Counted from the stretch's first letter, positions 45,982 to 55,861 are shown. The stretch is 61,688 nt of DNA from a virus (IMGVR_UViG_3300042520_002382:1-61688), one strand, 5' to 3'. The notes: generated by a model from the letters alone, not told the origin. A program made the numbers and translations.

Positions 45982-46264
45982 GGCTTGCCGCAAGGGCAAG
46001 TGATGCGCGGCCGATGCACCACCGCCAAGAAGTCAAGTGGTGACAGGCTTTGTACTACGACATCCGCGAGATTGACGAGGATTTGTATCTTGCCGTCCTG
46101 GCCTGCCGTTTGGCCCAAAATGCAAGCCCTGACAGCGGTTTGAGCGGTGCTGCGCCCTTGCCGACAGTGACAGGAAGGGACTGAAAGGGACTGGAAAGAC
46201 GTACCTTATGCACGGCCCGTGCATCGGCTGCAGGCCCGCTCCCCGTCCGCGTCGTATTCCGTCC

Positions 46265-47275
46265 ATGGCCTCGATCAACGTCCAGCGCGGGCGGCTCTAC
46301 CTGCTGGCCAAGCTGCCGCGGCGTGATGGGGCCCCAGGGCTGCAGCAGGCCCGCATCGCTCTGCGGATGGACGACACCCCGATCAACCGCCGAGCAGCCG
46401 CGAAGCAGCTCCAGACTCTGGAGCGGCAGTTGGATGGCGGCACCTTTGAATGGGCCTACTGGCTTGATCAGGCAGCAGGGGCGATCACATGGCGCGAGGC
46501 CATCGCCAGGCTCTACCGGGCGCGGGTGGTGCTCGGGCGAACGGGGGAATCAACCTGGCAGGTGAACTACCTCGGGCGCCTGCGGCAGGTTCCACAGGGG
46601 AGCGCCTGCACGACCGCCAGCATGGCCAAGGCACTGGAGCGCTACGACCGGGCCACCTGCTCATACAAGGAGCTTTACTACCTGCTGCGGCATCTGGCCA
46701 AGTTGGTGGCGGTGCCGTTCCCGGAGGTGCCATTGCCCACCTACAGCCAAGCGGAGTTGGTGGCGGTGCCCACTGACGAGCAGATCATCGCGTGGGTCGG
46801 TGGGGCGCCGGATCCGGTGCGGTGGTACTGGGGAATGATGGCCACCTACGGCCTGCGGCCCCACGAGATCGAGGGGGCGGTGCTGATCGAGCGCGATCTG
46901 TGCCAGGTGGCAGACGCGACAAAAACGGGATTCAGGACTGTGGTGCCGTTACCCCGCGAGTGGGTCGAGCGGTTCGGGTTGCGTGATCGGCGCTTGCGGC
47001 CACGGCTGGGGGGCAGCGTTGATCGGCCGGATGCGGTGAGCAAGTGGCTCAGCAAAGAACTGCGGCGGCAGGGGCTGCCTTGGCGTCCCTACTCCCTGCG
47101 CCATGCTTTTGGCGGCAGGCTATGGCGGGAAGGTGGTAGTCGGCTGGATGTTTACACTGCGGCGAGATTGATGGGTCACACTCCGGCAGTTCACGCTCGC
47201 ACGTACCGCGCTCACATCCAGCCGCACCAGGTAGCGGAGGCGGCAGAGCGGGCGCTAGGGGGTGGGTTTTCGTGA
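46265..47275 (+). CDS. int: Tyrosine integrase
   Basis: YGLRPHE, TKTG, YSLRH, LMGHT..H..TY catalytic set. Confidence 0.92.
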   Translation: MASINVQRGRLYLLAKLPRRDGAPGLQQARIALRMDDTPINRRAAAKQLQTLERQLDGGTFEWAYWLDQAAGAITWREAIARLYRARVVLGRTGESTWQVNYLGRLRQVPQGSACTTASMAKALERYDRATCSYKELYYLLRHLAKLVAVPFPEVPLPTYSQAELVAVPTDEQIIAWVGGAPDPVRWYWGMMATYGLRPHEIEGAVLIERDLCQVADATKTGFRTVVPLPREWVERFGLRDRRLRPRLGGSVDRPDAVSKWLSKELRRQGLPWRPYSLRHAFGGRLWREGGSRLDVYTAARLMGHTPAVHARTYRAHIQPHQVAEAAERALGGGFS

Positions 47276-47569
47276 AAGCAATTTCCAACTCTTAAGACTG
47301 GGACTGTCCCACTTCATGGCAAACGTCATATCCTTTTTGATATGAACAAATGTAGCTATTCCATCAACAGTAACCTCTGTCACTTTCCACTTTGAAAAAC
47401 GTGGAGCCTGCCAAATATCGCCAACTCTAAACATTGATCTTTGGCAATCGCTTTTGTGATCTTCAAGGTCTTTAAGCGTTGCCTCGCTCTGACACTGTTT
47501 GTGTCTGTCAACAAGATAATTGTAATAGTCGACACACGGCAGCCCTAGTAGATTTTTATCCATTGCCAA
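47255..47569 (-). CDS. Hypothetical protein, AT-rich
   Basis: Track ORF convergent with int. Confidence 0.5.
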   Translation of the reverse strand: MAMDKNLLGLPCVDYYNYLVDRHKQCQSEATLKDLEDHKSDCQRSMFRVGDIWQAPRFSKWKVTEVTVDGIATFVHIKKDMTFAMKWDSPSLKSWKLLSRKPTP

Positions 47570-47575
47570 TAATGA

Positions 47576-47794
47576 TTAAGTAACAGAAAGAGTCGGCGCC
47601 ACCGCCGCAACATTCACCCGCACGCAGCGCCTGGTGCTGCCCACGGGCGCCAAGTCGATCAGCTCCCTGCCCCAGCGCCAGCGGGATTTGCGGTTGGCGT
47701 CGGCTTCGTGGATGAGGCGTTTGATATGGCGATCGGAAACTGCCAGGGCCTCGGCAGCTTCGGCGATGGTCAGCAGCACGCGAGCGGCGGCCAT
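47576..47794 (-). CDS. Excisionase-like HTH protein
   Basis: LLTIAEAAEALAVSDRHIKRLI; near int. Confidence 0.7.
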   Translation of the reverse strand: MAAARVLLTIAEAAEALAVSDRHIKRLIHEADANRKSRWRWGRELIDLAPVGSTRRCVRVNVAAVAPTLSVT

Positions 47795-48204
47795 CAGCAA
47801 CGAGCCTCCTGGTCACCCTGCTGCTGCTCCCGCTTGGCCAGCCACTCCGGCAGCGGCAGCAACGGGCCTGCCATGCCGTCGCGGGTGGCCCAGAGGCAGT
47901 CCGTATGCCCAAAGCAGCGGTTCATCACCAGCAGCCGCACCCGAGCCGCGTCCCGCTCCACCCGCAGCTGCTCGGCCTCCTGCCGCAGCTCGCGCACGCA
48001 CTCGGGGCACCCCCAGGCGTTGGTTGGTTGCTGGCCGTGGGTTGGGCAGTTCTGAAGACGGAGGCGGGCAGCTTCGGCGCGCCCTGCATTTCTCCAATAA
48101 GCGGCCAAAAGCCTATTCGCTGCGTTCAATTCGTCTTCCAACCGCCGGATGGTGCGCCACGGGGCCAGCAGGCGGGCCAGGGTGCGGAGGGTGGGGTGGT
48201 TCAT
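47794..48204 (-). CDS. Hypothetical protein with Cys motif
   Basis: ATG 48204; CPTHG..WGCPECV. Confidence 0.6.
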   Translation of the reverse strand: MNHPTLRTLARLLAPWRTIRRLEDELNAANRLLAAYWRNAGRAEAARLRLQNCPTHGQQPTNAWGCPECVRELRQEAEQLRVERDAARVRLLVMNRCFGHTDCLWATRDGMAGPLLPLPEWLAKREQQQGDQEARC

Positions 48205-48800
48205 GGCTGCACCCTCCGAAACTCCACAACCCAAACCCACGGGTTGGCGTCCCATGATCCGTGGCCGTTGATTGATTGCCAGAGCGTCCCAAAACTTTCT
48301 CGCGCCCACGGGCAACTGGGCTCTGATCTTAAATAGTCCCACCAAAAGCTTTGAGCCTTGGATGGCGACACGGCCCGCCAGGAGAGCCTGACCCCTTCGG
48401 CCCTTGCATCCGCTTCGCTGATGCTTTGCAGCAGCTCCACGCGAACGGCAGTGATCTCCAGGGTGATGCGGCTGGCCCAGCGGGGCATGAAAATTGAAGT
48501 GCGCCAGGGGGCGCCGTCCATATCGGGCTCTGTGGCTTGGTAGCAGATTCCAGTCTCGGCGCTGCCGTTCCATCTTTCCCAAACCCAAAGCCGGTCGCCA
48601 GGCTCGCCGTAGAAACATTTCCATGTGCGAGCATTGGTGTCATGCCATTCGCCCGTTGAGATGAGCTTGGCTAAGCCATCTTCATCCGGCTGTGGCTCCA
48701 CCACCCGCCGAGTCTGCGTTTTGCTGCCATTTAAGATGGCGCGGACCATCTCAGCTTTGAACAAGATTGGCTGCTCCTTTGTTGCTGTGGTGGTGCTCAT
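48201..48800 (-). CDS. ASCH/PUA-like phage protein
   Basis: PILF..MVRAILNGSKTQTRR, GDRLWV, SIFMPRWASRI, WDANPWVWVVEF. Confidence 0.8.
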   Translation of the reverse strand: MSTTTATKEQPILFKAEMVRAILNGSKTQTRRVVEPQPDEDGLAKLISTGEWHDTNARTWKCFYGEPGDRLWVWERWNGSAETGICYQATEPDMDGAPWRTSIFMPRWASRITLEITAVRVELLQSISEADARAEGVRLSWRAVSPSKAQSFWWDYLRSEPSCPWARESFGTLWQSINGHGSWDANPWVWVVEFRRVQP

Positions 48801-49132
48801 GCCTGCACCCCCTCCCCCAGCGTCGCCAGGAAGTCGCGAACCACGTCCCTGCCCGCTGGCGTGTCTAGATCAGCCTCCCGAGCTTGAGCCAGGGTTGGCG
48901 GGAGCGGCGGGGGGCTGTGGAGGTTGTCGGCGATGGCAAGCAGGTTGTTCACGCAAAGAATGCACCCATGTTCCGTTGCCTGCACTATCGCTTCCCGCAG
49001 GAATGCGGCGAGATACCGGCGATCAGTGTTTGTTGGTAGGGTTGGAGAGAATGGACCCGCTTGGCAGCCAGCTCGATACGAGGCTTGGGTCTGTTGTGTC
49101 AGTTCTGGGAACTCTTCGTGATGGGTGCTCAT
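48797..49132 (-). CDS. Hypothetical protein
   Basis: Coupled ORF. Confidence 0.6.
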   Translation of the reverse strand: MSTHHEEFPELTQQTQASYRAGCQAGPFSPTLPTNTDRRYLAAFLREAIVQATEHGCILCVNNLLAIADNLHSPPPLPPTLAQAREADLDTPAGRDVVRDFLATLGEGVQA

Positions 49133-49425
49133 AGTTGATTCTCCGCTGCAGGCTCCGTCATCGCTTCAACCAAAGCCAAATCGTTTTCTCTGTTCTCTAA
49201 TGTTATCTTTGCGCCTTGGAGTGCCGTATTTGCCTGAATTAAAAGGAAGTTATGCGCTTCCTTCCATGTATCAAAGATAGTGTTTTCTTTGGATCTCCGT
49301 GAAACATCCTTGCGGCCCTTGTAGTCAGTGCGCTCGATCCACACCTGCTTTGGTGTTTCCTTAATGCACACTACTGCAGTGATCCTTGCCTTTCCCCATT
49401 TGTTAACTTCATATTTAGTACTCAC
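49129..49425 (-). CDS. Hypothetical protein, AT-rich
   Basis: GTG start overlapping the upstream stop. Confidence 0.6.
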   Translation of the reverse strand: MSTKYEVNKWGKARITAVVCIKETPKQVWIERTDYKGRKDVSRRSKENTIFDTWKEAHNFLLIQANTALQGAKITLENRENDLALVEAMTEPAAENQL

Positions 49426-50561
49426 GCCTCCACCCCCGCCAGTCGCTCCATCCGTTGGTAGGCGTAGCCGGGAAGCTCCAGCACCGTGGCGGCACTGTCG
49501 TAGCCGGGCCACCAACCCGAGGCCTCGGCCTGCACCGCTGTCTCCAGCGCCCGGCGGGCCATGCGCCGGCCCAGCTCGGCCTGCTCGTCGCTGAGGATGT
49601 AACGGCCGATGAACTCGGGCCGCGGGTGGGCTTTCTCCACCGCGACGAACTCGAACTCGTAGCCGTTGGGGGCCAGGATCAGAGCCCCCTCGGGGAGCCC
49701 CAGCAGCTCCTCAATCCCTGCCCGGCAAACCTGAGCCGCATCGCGATACCAGGCAGCCGACAGGCAGTAGTCGAAGTTCGCAGCAGCGCGGCCGAAGTGA
49801 TCGGGGCCAGGGCCTGCGTCCATGGCGGATTTCAGGTCACCGATCCAGAGGCGATCCCCGAGGAAGCGCACCGCATCAAGGCGGGCCTTGCAGCGGGCAC
49901 CGGTGAGCGGATCAACCCATGTGAGGGTGAGCTCATTGCCGGCGCGGTTCTGGGGGGTGTCGTCAAAGCGGGGCCCCAGGACCGGGTGAGCAAGCACGGC
50001 GCCCGCGAGGGCATCGCCGAGGCCTAGATCCTTGTCGCTGACGTCCTGGGCGGTGCCGGCGCCGGGGTGCTCCGCCTCAAAGGCTCTCCACCAGGCCGCC
50101 CGCACCATGGCGTCCTGCCAGTTGGCGTAGGCGGTCGTCTCGGTGTTGTAGGTGCCGTCCTTCTTTGGCTTGGGCCCCTCCAGTTGCTTCACCGTGGGCC
50201 GCTTCGGGGCATCCGCGGGGAGCACCAGATAGCGCTGATCAAAGAGCTCGGGCTCCAACAGGCGGCAGTGGAACAGGTTGCCGATCAGGAATTGGCCGGC
50301 ATCCTCGGTGATTTCCCGATCGGGGTTGATGAACTCGCTCCAGGCGTGGGCCGGGCTCTTGGACAGGACGACTTTCAGCAGGCTGGCGTTCCAGCCGGGC
50401 AGGGCGTCGTAGGCCTCGCGGGGAAGCCCGCTGAACACCTGGGGCGCACCAGTGAGCTTGTGGCCCCAGGCCTCCTCCCAGGCAGTTTGAGGGCTCAGCA
50501 GAGCCTCGCCGATCGGGACGGGGCTGGGGGTCTGGACAGGGGCGGTGATGGTCGCAGTCAT
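49422..50561 (-). CDS. RecE/exonuclease VIII-like PD-(D/E)XK nuclease
   Basis: GNLFHCRLLEP, CKARLD, IGDLKS, FVAVEK. Confidence 0.85.
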   Translation of the reverse strand: MTATITAPVQTPSPVPIGEALLSPQTAWEEAWGHKLTGAPQVFSGLPREAYDALPGWNASLLKVVLSKSPAHAWSEFINPDREITEDAGQFLIGNLFHCRLLEPELFDQRYLVLPADAPKRPTVKQLEGPKPKKDGTYNTETTAYANWQDAMVRAAWWRAFEAEHPGAGTAQDVSDKDLGLGDALAGAVLAHPVLGPRFDDTPQNRAGNELTLTWVDPLTGARCKARLDAVRFLGDRLWIGDLKSAMDAGPGPDHFGRAAANFDYCLSAAWYRDAAQVCRAGIEELLGLPEGALILAPNGYEFEFVAVEKAHPRPEFIGRYILSDEQAELGRRMARRALETAVQAEASGWWPGYDSAATVLELPGYAYQRMERLAGVEA

Positions 50562-50688
50562 GGCAGCATCGATGGATTGCGTTCGGCAGCGGTAAGGCTG
50601 GGGTGGTCGTTGTCGTCGTCGGGTTCGCTTTCGGGGTCGTCGTGATCAGTGATGAACCAATCGTCCTCGTCGCGAATCAGCAGGTCGC

Positions 50689-50967
50689 TCATCCGAGCCC
50701 CCGAGCGGCTTCGGCTGCCGTCTCTAGGCGGCAGGTGATGCGCTGCGCCGTGGCCCCGGCGCCCGGCTGCAGCTCCTCCAGTACGGAGGGGCTCAGGGCA
50801 AGGCCACGCAGGGCGGTGGCCACCTCTTCGGCCTGGCTGCTGATCAGATCCAGCTCATCGAGGAGATCAAGCGCCATGGGGCGCGGTTGCGGCTGCGCCG
50901 CAGGGATGGTGAACGTCATGGGAAGTTTCGCTGGTTGTTTGTCCCGGTCAGGACATGGGTTGATCAT
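50689..50967 (-). CDS. Hypothetical protein
   Basis: Track ORF in operon. Confidence 0.5.
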   Translation of the reverse strand: MINPCPDRDKQPAKLPMTFTIPAAQPQPRPMALDLLDELDLISSQAEEVATALRGLALSPSVLEELQPGAGATAQRITCRLETAAEAARGLG

Positions 50968-51356
50968 AACGAAAGGCGCCGCTCCAAGCGCTTGATTGTG
51001 TCAATCGCCGCAACAGCTCTAGCCGCCAATTCGTTTGCCCTATAAGGGTCGTAAAGGTGCAGGGGCGTGGTGAGCTGATAGGACAGCGCTGCCATGGCCA
51101 GATCCAAGGCGTCGGCGTTGACTGCAGCAGAGCCAGTGGGCACCAGCACTGCCTCGGGAAAGAGCACCAGATGCTGATGCCCCCCGTCGTCCAGCTCGAT
51201 CGCCCCGGCCGACACCGCAGGCAGCGGGCCGAGGGCTGCATCAGGGAATCGATCCCCCAGCAGCACGGTCGTCGGCGCTCCGGTGGCGCCATGGTGAGGC
51301 CACTGGCTGAGCAGCTCCGCCAGCGAGGCCACGGTGATCGGGGTGGGGGCTGTCAT
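50964..51356 (-). CDS. Hypothetical protein
   Basis: ATG 51356 in track ORF. Confidence 0.5.
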   Translation of the reverse strand: MTAPTPITVASLAELLSQWPHHGATGAPTTVLLGDRFPDAALGPLPAVSAGAIELDDGGHQHLVLFPEAVLVPTGSAAVNADALDLAMAALSYQLTTPLHLYDPYRANELAARAVAAIDTIKRLERRLSL

Positions 51357-51489
51357 TGGCGCAGGGACTGCAAAGCAGCCTCGGGAACCAGCAGCAGCCG
51401 AGCAGCAGGGTTGACCGTCAGTTGGCCGTGCCAGATGCACGGCAAGGCAATCACAGGAGTCAGGAGCAGGCCCAGAAGGTGGAAGCGGG

Positions 51490-51717
51490 TCATTGTCCCC
51501 ACACCCCGCCGCGGGCAACGGGCAAGCGCCGGGCGTGAGCCTCCAGGTGGATCACCCGATGCTGCAGCGCCTTGATCTTCCGGGCCTGCTCATCCCGGCC
51601 CTTGTAGAGGCCTGCTTGGTGGGCATTGAGCAGGGCCCGCTGACTGGCCTTCAGGGCCCGTAGGCGGCCCACTACGGCGCCAGAGATGAAGGCCGTGATG
51701 GCGATCAGGGTGATCAT
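51490..51717 (-). CDS. Hypothetical protein with N-terminal hydrophobic helix
   Basis: Coupled ORF. Confidence 0.55.
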   Translation of the reverse strand: MITLIAITAFISGAVVGRLRALKASQRALLNAHQAGLYKGRDEQARKIKALQHRVIHLEAHARRLPVARGGVWGQ

Positions 51718-51896
51718 GGCGCGACCTCAGCGGGAGCGGCCGGAGCGTCAAGCGTGACGTGTTCCAGATCGCGGCAGGCCAGGAAGTAGCCGTAGGAAGC
51801 GGCTACCCGCAGCGCGTCGGGCACGGAACCGTTGGCCTGTTTGAGGATTTCGGCTTCGGGTAGGGCCAGTTCGATGGTGAGGATTGGGTTGGTCAC
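51714..51896 (-). CDS. Hypothetical protein
   Basis: Coupled ORF. Confidence 0.55.
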   Translation of the reverse strand: MTNPILTIELALPEAEILKQANGSVPDALRVAASYGYFLACRDLEHVTLDAPAAPAEVAP

Positions 51897-53164
51897 ATCA
51901 GCTCCTTTTGCAGGGCCTTGTCGTCGCTTTGGTCGTCGCCCTCTTCGGGCTCGGGTTGTGCCGGTGCTTCGGGGGCCGGTGCTGCGGCGCTTGCGACTGG
52001 CTTGGCGCGTGGCGTGGGTGCGGCTGGCTGGGCTGGCGCGGGCTCTGCTGCGTCCGGGGTGAGCTCCGCGATCTGCTCGGCGGTCAGCAGGGGCTCGCCG
52101 TCCACGTGCCCACAGCCGCGGTTCCAGCGTTCGCGGCTGCCTGCGTTGGCGAGCGACTGCATCAGTGCGCTGTGATGCTCCGCAGGGATCGCCGCCAGGG
52201 CCTCGGCACCGAAGGCGCGACAGGCATCGGCCAGATAGGCGGCGCGGCCGATCGGGGTCAACTGCCGCTCCAGGGCGGTCAGGATCTGCTGCTGCTGCTG
52301 TTCGGTCAGTGTCGCGACAGGGGCCGTTGCAGCCGCAATCGCCGGGGGCGCTTCGGGCGCTTCGGGCGCTTCGGCCGGGAGCAGGAGGTGATCAATGTCG
52401 GTTTCTTGCCGCTGGCCCCGATCGGCCCGTTCATCAAGGCTGGCCGCCTTGACCAGTTCGATCGAGACGGGCAGATACTTAAACATCCGGCGGATCACCG
52501 TTTTGCGGCACATTTCATCAAACGATGAAATCCAAGGGGTGTCCTTCTTGTTGTACTTGATTGCGGTTTGATACCCTTGGCTGCCGTCGCGGATCTCCTC
52601 CAGTTCGTAGCGGTCCATCACCTCGAATTGCTCGCCGCCATCAGCAAACCTTGCAACGGCGTAGACGTGGGTTAGCTCGCCGCGCTCACCTCTAGCTGGT
52701 TTATGCACAATGTCTTCGTGCAGACCATAGGTGTATTCAAAATGATCGTTTTCGTAAACACGGCGAGCCGACAAGGCTCGAATCTGACCCGAGCGCCGGG
52801 CCAATTCGATCATGCCTTTGTAGCCGATTTGGAATTGGCACTCATCTCGGTAGGGGATCAAAAAGCAGTGGCCGAGGGCGCCGCCGGGCTCCAGGCCAAG
52901 CTGGGCACACGTGAAGATGGCGCCAAGCAAGCTGGCCGCATTACATTGCGCCAGGCGTGGATTGCGGCGCACCTCGGAGAGGGCGATGCGAAGCAGTCTT
53001 TCAGGGGTGACGTGCTGCGGCAGGGCAAGGGCAATTTCAGGCCCGTGCTTTTTCAGCAGATCATCAATCGTGGTAATCTGATCGCTTGCAGGAGCTGGCC
53101 TGCCTGCGGATTGCTGGCGCTGCATCGGGCCGGTGCCATTGCGGCGCACCATGGAACTGGTCAT
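51893..53164 (-). CDS. recT: RecT-family single-strand annealing protein
   Basis: AQLGLEPG..LGHCFLIPY, FQIGYKGMIELARRSG, PWISSFDEMCRKTVIRR..KYLP. Confidence 0.93.
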   Translation of the reverse strand: MTSSMVRRNGTGPMQRQQSAGRPAPASDQITTIDDLLKKHGPEIALALPQHVTPERLLRIALSEVRRNPRLAQCNAASLLGAIFTCAQLGLEPGGALGHCFLIPYRDECQFQIGYKGMIELARRSGQIRALSARRVYENDHFEYTYGLHEDIVHKPARGERGELTHVYAVARFADGGEQFEVMDRYELEEIRDGSQGYQTAIKYNKKDTPWISSFDEMCRKTVIRRMFKYLPVSIELVKAASLDERADRGQRQETDIDHLLLPAEAPEAPEAPPAIAAATAPVATLTEQQQQQILTALERQLTPIGRAAYLADACRAFGAEALAAIPAEHHSALMQSLANAGSRERWNRGCGHVDGEPLLTAEQIAELTPDAAEPAPAQPAAPTPRAKPVASAAAPAPEAPAQPEPEEGDDQSDDKALQKELM

Positions 53165-53323
53165 AAGAACTCGCTGGTTGTGGGCCCTTTCGGGCTCGCC
53201 CAGCCTATCTGGATTTGGGCCGCAATGGGGTACCTATTGCAACATTGCGACATATTGGTCTGCACTACCCTGATCTGGACAGGCTGCGGCCTGCTTTGAC
53301 CCACGGGCTTCAGGCATCTCCCC

Positions 53324-53548
53324 ATGCACATCCAGATCAGCAGCGAGTCTGAAGGCCGAATTGTGGAGGCCCGCCTTCGGGCGCTGGCTCATTGCCTTGG
53401 CCCCATGGTGGAGCTGGACGTGGCCCTGCCCGATGGCCGCGTGATCCATGCCCCCCGCGGGGGGCAGTCGGCGGCGGCACGGTGCGCCAGCCTCAACGAA
53501 CGGATGGAGGACTGGCTGGCCCGCTATCAGTCACGCGGGAGCCGATAA
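53324..53548 (+). CDS. Hypothetical protein
   Basis: Track ORF divergent from recT. Confidence 0.4.
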   Translation: MHIQISSESEGRIVEARLRALAHCLGPMVELDVALPDGRVIHAPRGGQSAAARCASLNERMEDWLARYQSRGSR

Positions 53549-54288
53549 AGGCGCTCACGCACGTCACCGACGCCGATGGGGTCGCTCTCATCCAAGGCGC
53601 CGAGCATCGCCCCCAGCGCCGGGAGCTCATCGCTCAGCTCTGCACCGGCGAACACCTCAAAGCCAACCACCACCGATCGCAGCCGCTGTCGCCTGGACTC
53701 GTCAACCACTCCGTAGGCAGTGAGGGCCTGCTCCAGCGCCTGGGCGATCGTCAACCGCCGATCCCTGGCCCATGCCTGAACGATGCGGCTGAGGTTTGCT
53801 GAAAGGCGCCTGGCCTCCATGTCGCTGATGTGGCCATCCCCCTCCAGCGACTCAGGCACGAGCCGACCGATCCACACCATGTAAAGGCCGCCTGCGTCAA
53901 GGGGATCGTGGCTGATCGGATGGCGCAGGTAGAAGGGTTCTTCGGGCAGTCCGAGATTTTGGGCGGGCATCGGACCAAAATCAGGCAGCTCATCGATCGC
54001 CGCGCTGCTGGCACCAGCGGCCTGGGCCACCCTCAGATTGACCTGCCCGAGGGCGTCCAAGGTTGCGGGGCCAGCTTTTTTCAGTGTGCCGGTGCGGAGG
54101 TACGAAATCTGGGACGTGCTTAGCCATGTCGTCCCCCACGGGTTGCACCACTGGCTCAATTTGACGAGTTGCTCATGGGTGAGGTTGTTCCGGGCAAGCA
54201 GCATCCGCATGGCCTTGGAGAAAACCTGCGTGCCACCCGCCAGCCTGTCAAGACCGTGTTCAGAACCAGCGTAATCAGAGCGAGCCAT
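53527..54288 (-). CDS. Putative XRE-type HTH regulator (repressor candidate)
   Basis: LLARNNLTHEQLVKL...LSTSQISYLRTG. Confidence 0.55.
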   Translation of the reverse strand: MARSDYAGSEHGLDRLAGGTQVFSKAMRMLLARNNLTHEQLVKLSQWCNPWGTTWLSTSQISYLRTGTLKKAGPATLDALGQVNLRVAQAAGASSAAIDELPDFGPMPAQNLGLPEEPFYLRHPISHDPLDAGGLYMVWIGRLVPESLEGDGHISDMEARRLSANLSRIVQAWARDRRLTIAQALEQALTAYGVVDESRRQRLRSVVVGFEVFAGAELSDELPALGAMLGALDESDPIGVGDVRERLYRLPRD

Positions 54289-54442
54289 GGGCCTTCTTTG
54301 TCCAGGTATGCACTATCAATCCCAGAAGGTTGGGTTGTTTGATTTTGCTGCAATTTGACAGCAGAAAGCCCCACGGACAACCAGCGAGGAAACCGTAGGG
54401 CTTTCTGGGCGGCGAACCGCCAGGCACACCTTACAAGACTGG

Positions 54443-54470
54443 GCAAGAGGGGAGCAAAACCCCCTCTTGC
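54443..54470. terminator. Hairpin downstream of cyAbrB
   Basis: GCAAGAGGGG/CCCCTCTTGC 10-bp stem; no clear U-tract. Confidence 0.45.
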
Positions 54471-54490
54471 AGCCCTTGTCTCAACAGGGC

Positions 54491-54904
54491 TCAGTCGTCG
54501 GCTTCACCTGTGGCCTCAGCGGTTCCGGCCGGCACCAGCCGGATTCCCTTGCGGCTGAGCTTGATCTCAAACTCGTCGCCGGGCTTGAGGTCGAGCAGGG
54601 CGGTGTAGGCGTGGCCCACCATCAGGTTGCCATTGAACTGCACCTTGGTGTTGAAACTCAGCTTGCGGCCAGGCTTGCCCTTGCCGTCACTGCTGCCGCC
54701 GGCGCCGAAGGTGGTGCCCTTAGCCCCCAGCAGGGCCTCGTAGAAGGCGGTGAAGTTCAAGCGCTCCGTGCCGTCCTTCTTGGTGCTGACGTAGCCGCAG
54801 CCACGGACCAGATCGTTCTTGGAGGCATCGCCAAGCTCCTTCACCTTGGCCAGGAGATCGGCGCCGGCGAGAGGGGTGGCGGGCGCTGTTGAGGTTGCTG
54901 TCAT
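54491..54904 (-). CDS. Cyanobacterial AbrB-like regulator (cyAbrB family)
   Basis: LLAKVKEL...LVRGCGY..RLNFTAFYEALL.AKG...GRKLSF.TKVQFNGNLMVG.AY...PGDEFEIKL. Confidence 0.88.
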   Translation of the reverse strand: MTATSTAPATPLAGADLLAKVKELGDASKNDLVRGCGYVSTKKDGTERLNFTAFYEALLGAKGTTFGAGGSSDGKGKPGRKLSFNTKVQFNGNLMVGHAYTALLDLKPGDEFEIKLSRKGIRLVPAGTAEATGEADD

Positions 54905-55168
54905 TGCGGAATCAGATTGCACAAGCAATACCAATCCTAGTCCGCACTGGGGTGATATGCAATCGCAGACGGGTCTTTGGGGTCGTCTTCGCCAGCCGCC
55001 ATGGCCTCAATCCGCTCCAGCTCTTCCAGCAACGGCACCAGGGGCGCCACGAGGGGCCATAGATCCAGTTCGATCTCCACCGGCGCATCCGCAAGCGATC
55101 CCGCAGTGTGCGGCCCCTGCTGGATGCGTGGAAGGGTTGCGGCGGATCAGCGACGGGATGGCGGAGCG

Positions 55169-55354
55169 CTAGGCCAGCAGCAGCCCCACCCGGTAGCGAG
55201 AACATCCCAGCCGCCTGGCGATGGCTCGCCGGGAAACCCCGGCGCGGTGCCACCGGCGAGCGCGATCACGCGGAGTCTCCAGGAGCCATGAGAGCAGGAG
55301 GACAGGGAGCAGCAGCAGGGCCAGGGCCCATGCCGCGAAACAGGCGGTCGTCAT
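55169..55354 (-). CDS. Small membrane-anchored HTH-like protein
   Basis: Hydrophobic helix, then GVSRRAIARRLGCSRYRV. Confidence 0.6.
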   Translation of the reverse strand: MTTACFAAWALALLLLPVLLLSWLLETPRDRARRWHRAGVSRRAIARRLGCSRYRVGLLLA

Positions 55355-55534
55355 GGTGGTTGAGGTGGTTGCGCTCCGGGGCCGTCTCAGGGCCCCGCCG
55401 GGGCGGGTTTGCTGTGCGGCTGACCAATGGGCCATCACCACACAACAACATTAGGGCATGAATGGGCTGATTGGCAATGGCCCATTTGGATCTGGACAGG
55501 CATAATGGAGCTGACCAGCATCCAAACCGTGACC

Positions 55535-55861
55535 ATGTCCTGCGACCTGACCGCAAACCCTGATCAAGACGAGCTGGCCGAAGGCCCGTCTGAAAATATC
55601 GCCGCGATCTTGGCGGACGCCGCTGAGATGGGGTTCAGTTGTGCCGATTTCCTGGAGTTGGCCCTGTGTTGCATTGAGGAAATCGCCGCCGACCTCACCG
55701 ATGGGCTTGACACTGAAGAGATCGGCGGCGAACCGCTCATTGTGGCGGCCCTGGAACGCCTCAACTGCGGGGCTCAGATCATCGGCGCAATCGACCTCGG
55801 CGATGATGACGGCGAAGATGATGAAGAGGCCGGCGAGGGAGACCTCCCCATGGCGGCCTGA
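55535..55861 (+). CDS. Highly acidic small protein
   Basis: About 30 Asp/Glu, one Arg and no Lys in 108 aa; CATAAT upstream, terminator downstream. Confidence 0.7.
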   Translation: MSCDLTANPDQDELAEGPSENIAAILADAAEMGFSCADFLELALCCIEEIAADLTDGLDTEEIGGEPLIVAALERLNCGAQIIGAIDLGDDDGEDDEEAGEGDLPMAA

